Below are positions 58,708 to 64,000 of a stretch of 64,000 bases of DNA, one piece after another. The stretch lies in contig CAJUHY010000004.1 of assembly GCA_910585895.1 (NCBI GenBank), positions 5,010 to 69,009 of the forward strand, written 5' to 3'. The translations under genes were made by a program, and so were the position numbers. Source of the stretch: an uncultured Lachnospiraceae bacterium (GTDB taxonomy: Bacteria > Bacillota > Clostridia > Lachnospirales > Lachnospiraceae). The first letter of the stretch is position 1, and the number at the start of each line of letters is the position of its first letter. The notes under the pieces are model-generated. The model saw nothing but the letters and a program-made list of their open reading frames with translations, made no database searches and was not told where the DNA came from.

Positions 58708-59805
58708 ATGAAGTATGATTATTTAATTGTAGGCACCGGCCTGTTTGGGGCTGTGTTTGCCTATGAGGCCCAAAAGGCAGGCAAGAAATGTTTGGTGATT
58801 GACAAGAGAGAGCATATTGCAGGAAATATTTACTGTGAGAATGTGGAGGGAATCAATGTGCATAAATATGGTGCGCATATCTTCCATACCAGCAATAAAG
58901 AAGTCTGGGATTATATCAATCAATTCGCAGAATTTAACCATTATATCAACTCTCCGGTAGCAGCTTATAAGGACGAAACTTATAATCTGCCCTTTAATAT
59001 GAATACTTTCAGCAGGCTGTGGGGAATCCGTACTCCTCAGGAAGCCAGGGACATCATTGAAAAGCAGCGGGCAGAGTATGGCGTGGCAGAGCCCAAGAAT
59101 CTGGAGGAGCAGGCATTGTCTCTGGCAGGGAAGGATGTCTATGAGAAATTAATTAAAGGATACACGGAGAAGCAGTGGGGCAGGCCATGTACGGAATTGC
59201 CGGCGTTTATTATCAAGCGTCTGCCGTTTCGTTTCATTTATGACAACAATTATTTTAACGACAGGTATCAGGGAATCCCCATCGGCGGCTATACGCCAAT
59301 CGTAGCAAAGATGTTAGAAGGTATTGAGGTCAGGCTTAAGACAGATTATTTTGACTTCATCAAAGAGAATCCTGATATTGCAGACATTACATTGTTTACC
59401 GGGATGATTGACGAGTATTATGGCTATCAGTTAGGCGCTTTGGAGTACCGTACCGTCCGTTTTGAGACGGAAGTCCTTGATTGCGAGAACTATCAGGGAA
59501 ATGCGGTGGTAAACTATACAGAGCGGGAGGTGCCATATACCAGAATCATAGAACATAAGCATTTTGAATTTGGCAAACAGCCGAAGACTGTCATTTCCAG
59601 GGAGTATTCTTCGGAGTGGAAACCGGGAATTGAGCCTTATTATCCCATCAATAATGAAGAGAATAACAGCTTGTTTGCGAAATACAGGGAACTGGCAGAC
59701 AAGGAAGAGAAGATTATCTTTGGCGGAAGGCTGGGAAATTACAAATATTACGATATGGATAAAGTGATAGAAGCAGCCCTCGAGTTGGTAAAAGAGCAGT
59801 TATAG
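58708..59805 (+). CDS. glf: UDP-galactopyranose mutase
   Basis: IVGTGLFG, HKYGAHIFHT, YTEKQWG, EPYYP, GRLGNYKYYDMD. Confidence 0.97.
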   Translation: MKYDYLIVGTGLFGAVFAYEAQKAGKKCLVIDKREHIAGNIYCENVEGINVHKYGAHIFHTSNKEVWDYINQFAEFNHYINSPVAAYKDETYNLPFNMNTFSRLWGIRTPQEARDIIEKQRAEYGVAEPKNLEEQALSLAGKDVYEKLIKGYTEKQWGRPCTELPAFIIKRLPFRFIYDNNYFNDRYQGIPIGGYTPIVAKMLEGIEVRLKTDYFDFIKENPDIADITLFTGMIDEYYGYQLGALEYRTVRFETEVLDCENYQGNAVVNYTEREVPYTRIIEHKHFEFGKQPKTVISREYSSEWKPGIEPYYPINNEENNSLFAKYRELADKEEKIIFGGRLGNYKYYDMDKVIEAALELVKEQL

Positions 59806-59831
59806 ATGAGGATATAGAGGAGTGTTTTGGT

Positions 59832-61736
59832 ATGTATGATGGGAAAAGTTATAAATGGGATAAACTGATAGTCTTTCTGGCAGCATTTATCCCAAGAATG
59901 ATACTAATTATTTGTTTTGCAGGAATCTTTCGGACTCCTATGGATGAGATGAGTACCTTGTCTACAGGGGCATACTTCGGCGGCAAGGACTGGACTGCGC
60001 TCACAACGTATGCCAGATTTTATTACGGCGGCGGCTTTTCTATTTTATTTGCCCCATTATACCGGGTGTTTGACAGTGTAACTGTTTACTATATCATCCT
60101 CAGTGTGTGTGCAGCGTTACAGAGTATCAGCGCGCCCATCAGCTATACGGCGCTGCAGAGGTTTCTCAAAATTGAGAACAGGAAATATCTGATTGTCACT
60201 TCTCTGGCATGTTCATACCTTGTGGCGACCAGGGCAATGATGGTTTTCAACGAACATATTATTATTGGCTGTGTGTGGGTGTGCGTATATTTGCTGTGTA
60301 AGCTGACGGAGGATGGCAAATATAAAGCAGGTTATACGGTGGCGTTGATGGCAGTGCTTTCTTACATGCTGACCACGCATACCAGGACCAAGGTCATCTG
60401 GATTGCTTTTGTAATGGTTGTCCTGTGTTACCGCATCCTATATAAGAAGTGGCTGGTTTCTGTAATCCCTGCCATAGTATCAGGTGTTGTTGGCTATTTT
60501 CTGGCGGGCAGATTTAATAATTTTGTGAAGACAGTGATTTGGGATTGGCAGGAAGGGGAATTCCTGCGAAATGCAAACGTAAGGATAGATTTGAGATTGT
60601 CAGATTTAAAAGACCCGGTATCCTGGCAGGGTATCAGTTCCATAATTTCCGGGCAGCTTAATACTGTCCTGATATTTACCGGGGGAATTGCGGCAATCTT
60701 TCTCACAGTACTGATATATTTTTATTGTGATACAATCAAGGCATGGTTTCAGGAGCGGTTTGTTCCCAAAGCTCCCGGGGAGGATGCGCTGCTGGAAGAC
60801 GAAGCCAAAACGGTCATAAAGACAATCAGCCCCTATCTGATTGTTATATCTTTGGTATTTTTGCTCTGTACGGGCGCGATGATTGCCGCCCAGAGCGTTA
60901 CCTGGCTGAGTAAGGTTATGGGAGCGCTGCAGACGTCTACTTTTGCCAGCAGGGCATATAATTTTAAGGCGCTGACGTATATACGTTATATGGGTCCCTT
61001 TTTAGGACCGGTTTTCCTATGCGGGGCGGCGCTTGTGTACCATAAGAGAGAAAAACTGCGCAGGTATCTTTTGCCGTCTACAGCAGCCGTGCTGATTCTG
61101 CAGTTCATATGGGCAGGATTTGTGCTTCCACATATCTACAGGAACAGGGCGACCTCCGAGGTGTTTACGGCGTTCGGCGGTTATGATATTGTAAACAGCG
61201 CTGCGCTAATGGGGTTAAAGGTGTATCTTCCGGCAAGCATTGTGCTGGTAATCATTTTCACAATTTGTATCGTCTGCTATTACCGCAGGAAAATTTTACT
61301 GCCGATGGCGTTGGCGCTGTGCCTTTTTGTCTATGAGTATGCTTATGGGGCAATCTTTTGGGATGGCTCTTATGTGGAGAAATATGGCTCGCGCGCGGAT
61401 GCAGGTGTACAGATGATACGCCAGATTGAGGAAGATGAGAATTATAGCGGCGATTTGCCGAAGGAGATTTATGTCTTCGACGGCGTTTCGGGCGTCCAGA
61501 AAAGATTTTATACTTACCAGGTTCAGTTGGATAATTATACTATACTGGTTGACAGACCGCAGGACGAGAGCCGGCATATTGTATTTTCACGTACGAGAAG
61601 AGATGAAGAATTGTTGGAGCGGGGGTATAAGGTAGGCAAGATGGACAAGAACGAATTTGTCTATGTAAACGACCCTGTTTATCAGCAAATGTTTGAAGCT
61701 CAGGGCATCAAATTCCGTAAGCCTAAGCTAAAATGA
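59832..61736 (+). CDS. Polytopic membrane protein (GT-C-like)
   Basis: PMDE after TM1, YYGGGFS, many TMs, YIRY. Confidence 0.6.
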   Translation: MYDGKSYKWDKLIVFLAAFIPRMILIICFAGIFRTPMDEMSTLSTGAYFGGKDWTALTTYARFYYGGGFSILFAPLYRVFDSVTVYYIILSVCAALQSISAPISYTALQRFLKIENRKYLIVTSLACSYLVATRAMMVFNEHIIIGCVWVCVYLLCKLTEDGKYKAGYTVALMAVLSYMLTTHTRTKVIWIAFVMVVLCYRILYKKWLVSVIPAIVSGVVGYFLAGRFNNFVKTVIWDWQEGEFLRNANVRIDLRLSDLKDPVSWQGISSIISGQLNTVLIFTGGIAAIFLTVLIYFYCDTIKAWFQERFVPKAPGEDALLEDEAKTVIKTISPYLIVISLVFLLCTGAMIAAQSVTWLSKVMGALQTSTFASRAYNFKALTYIRYMGPFLGPVFLCGAALVYHKREKLRRYLLPSTAAVLILQFIWAGFVLPHIYRNRATSEVFTAFGGYDIVNSAALMGLKVYLPASIVLVIIFTICIVCYYRRKILLPMALALCLFVYEYAYGAIFWDGSYVEKYGSRADAGVQMIRQIEEDENYSGDLPKEIYVFDGVSGVQKRFYTYQVQLDNYTILVDRPQDESRHIVFSRTRRDEELLERGYKVGKMDKNEFVYVNDPVYQQMFEAQGIKFRKPKLK

Positions 61737-61770
61737 TAATATGGTTTAGACCGGAAAGGGTAATCAATCT

Positions 61771-62706
61771 ATGCGTAAGCCATCAAAAGAACAACTAAAA
61801 AAAGCAGGGAAAAAGATTGGCAATATCGTATCACTGCTGTCAATATTGTTTATCATCTATGCTGTCTGGAAGCTGGGATTTGATTTCGATTCCATTGACA
61901 ACTGGTATTCTTTCCTCGCGGTGGCATGCTTAAGCGTAGTTTTGAAAGGCATAACCGTATATATATCGGGGTTTGCCTGGGCGAGCTGGCTGCGCTTTTT
62001 TGCCAGGCGTGACATTGATATGCGGGAAGCAGTGTGTGTGTATGCCAAGGCCAATATCGGCAAATACCTTCCGGGGAATGTCATGCATTATGTGGAGCGC
62101 AACTTGTTTGCCACCAATCTCGGTATCAGTCAGAAGAAGCTGGCGGTAAGTACAGCGCTGGAAGTAATCGGTCTTGTGGGCGCGGCGTTTCTTTTGGCGG
62201 TAAGCGTATCGGCGGGGCAGTTGGAACAATCCCTGCAGGCCATTTTTGGTGATTCTTATCTGAAAATTATTGCCATGGCAGCAGTTGGAGCTATTCTGCT
62301 TGTTACTGCGGCATGTCTTGTGCTTCGCAGGAAACTTGCTGCCGTGCTCAAAGACTATTCATGGAAGAAATTTGCACGGACGGCAATTTTTGCCATTGTG
62401 GAGTATGCCGTTGTGCTGGTTACGCTGGGGCTTATCATGGTTGCCCTCTATGCCTATATGGGCGGGGCGGTTACCTGGGAGAATGGCTCGCTGATTGTGT
62501 CTGGGTATGTGATTGCCTGGGTATTAGGATTTGTGATTCCCGGGGCGTCCGGCGGTATCGGCGTCCGTGAACTTGTGATAACGCTTTTATTGGGAAGCGT
62601 GGTTGGGGCGGAGATGGTGCTGACTTTATCAGTAATTCACCGGCTGATTACCATTCTCGGAGATTTTCTGGCTTATCTGGTTATGCTTATATTGCGGAGG
62701 AAATGA
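61771..62706 (+). CDS. Lysylphosphatidylglycerol-synthase-TM (UPF0104) flippase-like membrane protein
   Basis: NIGKYLPGN, PGASGGIGVRE, HRL motifs; about 8 TMs. Confidence 0.8.
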   Translation: MRKPSKEQLKKAGKKIGNIVSLLSILFIIYAVWKLGFDFDSIDNWYSFLAVACLSVVLKGITVYISGFAWASWLRFFARRDIDMREAVCVYAKANIGKYLPGNVMHYVERNLFATNLGISQKKLAVSTALEVIGLVGAAFLLAVSVSAGQLEQSLQAIFGDSYLKIIAMAAVGAILLVTAACLVLRRKLAAVLKDYSWKKFARTAIFAIVEYAVVLVTLGLIMVALYAYMGGAVTWENGSLIVSGYVIAWVLGFVIPGASGGIGVRELVITLLLGSVVGAEMVLTLSVIHRLITILGDFLAYLVMLILRRK

Positions 62707-64000
62707 AAATGGGAGATATCGTGGTCGCTATCACGGCGGCAAGCTACAGTGGAAACAAAGGCGCGGCGGCAATGCTGCAAAGTTCAATCAAACAGCTCCA
62801 TGACAGGTATGGGGAAAGTTTAGGCATCAATCTGATGTCTGTGTATCCTTCTGAGGACAGAAAACAGCTTCCCTATGATTTTATCAAGGTTGTCCCGGCA
62901 CAGCCGGAAAAGCTGCTGTTTCTGGCATTTCCGATGGCAGTTTTTCATAGGCTGTTTCGGTGGTGTCCTCCGATAAAGAAATTATTAGAGAAGAATAAGA
63001 TTCTCAAAGCGTACAAGGGGACGGACCTGGTCATAGATGAGGCAGGAATCTCCTTTGTCGACAGCCGGGGATTTGTCATGAACACGTACGCGTTCGTCTG
63101 CATGGCAGTGCCATTGCTTATGGGCGTTCCGGCAGTCAAATATTCGCAGGCCATGGGCACCTTCCATAATCCCTATAACCGTTTTCTAGCAAAGTGGATA
63201 TTGCCCAAACTGAAGCTGGTTTGTGCCCGGGGTCAGGGTACATATGACAATCTTAAGGGAATCGGTATCACTGACAATGTGGTATTATGCGCAGACGGCG
63301 CGTTTACGATGGCAGACAGCGTTTCCTGCCGGGAACGGGTGGCACTTAGATGTGCCGAGGATGTATTTTACAGCAAGCCAGTTGTCGGTCTGTCCATCAG
63401 TTCCGTGGTCTTAAAGAAGTGTAAAAAACTGGGCATCGATTACCCACAGATTATGGCAGAGTTTATCAGATATCTGAACCAGAAGGGGTACGGTGTGCTG
63501 ATGATTGCCAATGCGGCAAGAATTAACAGTGAAAAGTCGCGCAACAATGACCTCCTCATAGGGGATGAAATCTATGGAGCAGTGGAGGACAAGACAAATG
63601 TCCGCTGGTACCATGAGGAGATGGATGCTGAGGAAATCAGGGAGTATATCAGCCGCTGCCAGTTCCTGGTTGCCTCTCGTTTTCACGCCATGATTGGGGC
63701 GTTGGAGAAAAAAGTCCCGGTATTGCTAATTGGCTGGAGCCACAAATACCAGGAAGTCCTGGATATGTTCGGGCTTGGACAGTACGCAGCGGATTTCTCT
63801 GGACTCAATATAGAGAATTTACAGAAAAGTTTTGAAGAGTTTGAGGCGGATGAAGCCCTGATTCGCGAGAAACTTGAGCAGAACCATGCAGCGGTTTTGG
63901 AAAGCTCTTATGATAATATCCGTAAGATTTCCGGGGTGTTGGACGACATCATAAAAAAAGATAGACGTACGGCGCCGAAGCTTCTGGATTATAATCACCC
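62703..64000 (+). CDS. Polysaccharide pyruvyl transferase family protein (WcaK-like), 3' end outside the window; absent from the ORF track
   Basis: My translation reads MKMGDIVVAITAASYSGNKGAAAML...DEAGISF...SQAMG...CARG...ADGAF...ASRFHAMIGAL...WSHKY. ATG overlaps the upstream TGA; I saw no stop before the window end. Confidence 0.88.
   Translation, partial: MKMGDIVVAITAASYSGNKGAAAMLQSSIKQLHDRYGESLGINLMSVYPSEDRKQLPYDFIKVVPAQPEKLLFLAFPMAVFHRLFRWCPPIKKLLEKNKILKAYKGTDLVIDEAGISFVDSRGFVMNTYAFVCMAVPLLMGVPAVKYSQAMGTFHNPYNRFLAKWILPKLKLVCARGQGTYDNLKGIGITDNVVLCADGAFTMADSVSCRERVALRCAEDVFYSKPVVGLSISSVVLKKCKKLGIDYPQIMAEFIRYLNQKGYGVLMIANAARINSEKSRNNDLLIGDEIYGAVEDKTNVRWYHEEMDAEEIREYISRCQFLVASRFHAMIGALEKKVPVLLIGWSHKYQEVLDMFGLGQYAADFSGLNIENLQKSFEEFEADEALIREKLEQNHAAVLESSYDNIRKISGVLDDIIKKDRRTAPKLLDYNH

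Noticed and set aside
365..63686. Numerous minus-strand and alternative-frame ORFs in the track (e.g. 6752-7705, 43165-44094, 47806-48645)
   Set aside because: All overlap well-supported + strand genes and show no recognisable motifs; treated as shadow ORFs.
1..64000. Transposase, integrase, prophage, tRNA or rRNA genes
   Set aside because: None recognisable in the window, so any enzyme acting on the 70-bp element must be encoded elsewhere.

Overview
This is a chromosomal window from a Lachnospiraceae-like Firmicute (taxon inferred from gene content). Every credible protein gene is on the + strand. Bases 1-15300 are core genes: uvrA (partial), mreB/mbl, two flgG-like rod genes, an FlgJ-like rod-binding protein, recD2, comF, yvyF, two membrane proteins, cdaA-cdaR-glmM and HPr. 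From ~15300 to the window end lies a >48 kb cell-surface glycan locus. It has split rml genes, about ten GT2 enzymes, several GT-C-like membrane proteins, a Wzx flippase, two Wzm/Wzt exporters, a methyltransferase-kinase, a GlfT2-like polymerase with glf, three pyruvyl-transferase-family genes (one fused to a ferredoxin/FrhB module) and two embedded secreted multidomain proteins. Two non-coding signals are the most unusual. (1) A dispersed, covarying 70-bp double-hairpin element occurs in three intergenic gaps (14963, 32886, 39335). It is built from 20/50/70-bp modules with a fixed 11-nt variable spacer, one copy is nested inside another, and its left arm recurs downstream, where in two loci it supplies the next gene's Shine-Dalgarno. 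(2) A candidate ~115-nt minus-strand small RNA sits between uvrA and mreB, with its own promoter, an 11-bp-phased repeat box, a cUACGg hairpin and a terminator. Protein calls come from motif recognition by eye; no database searches were run.
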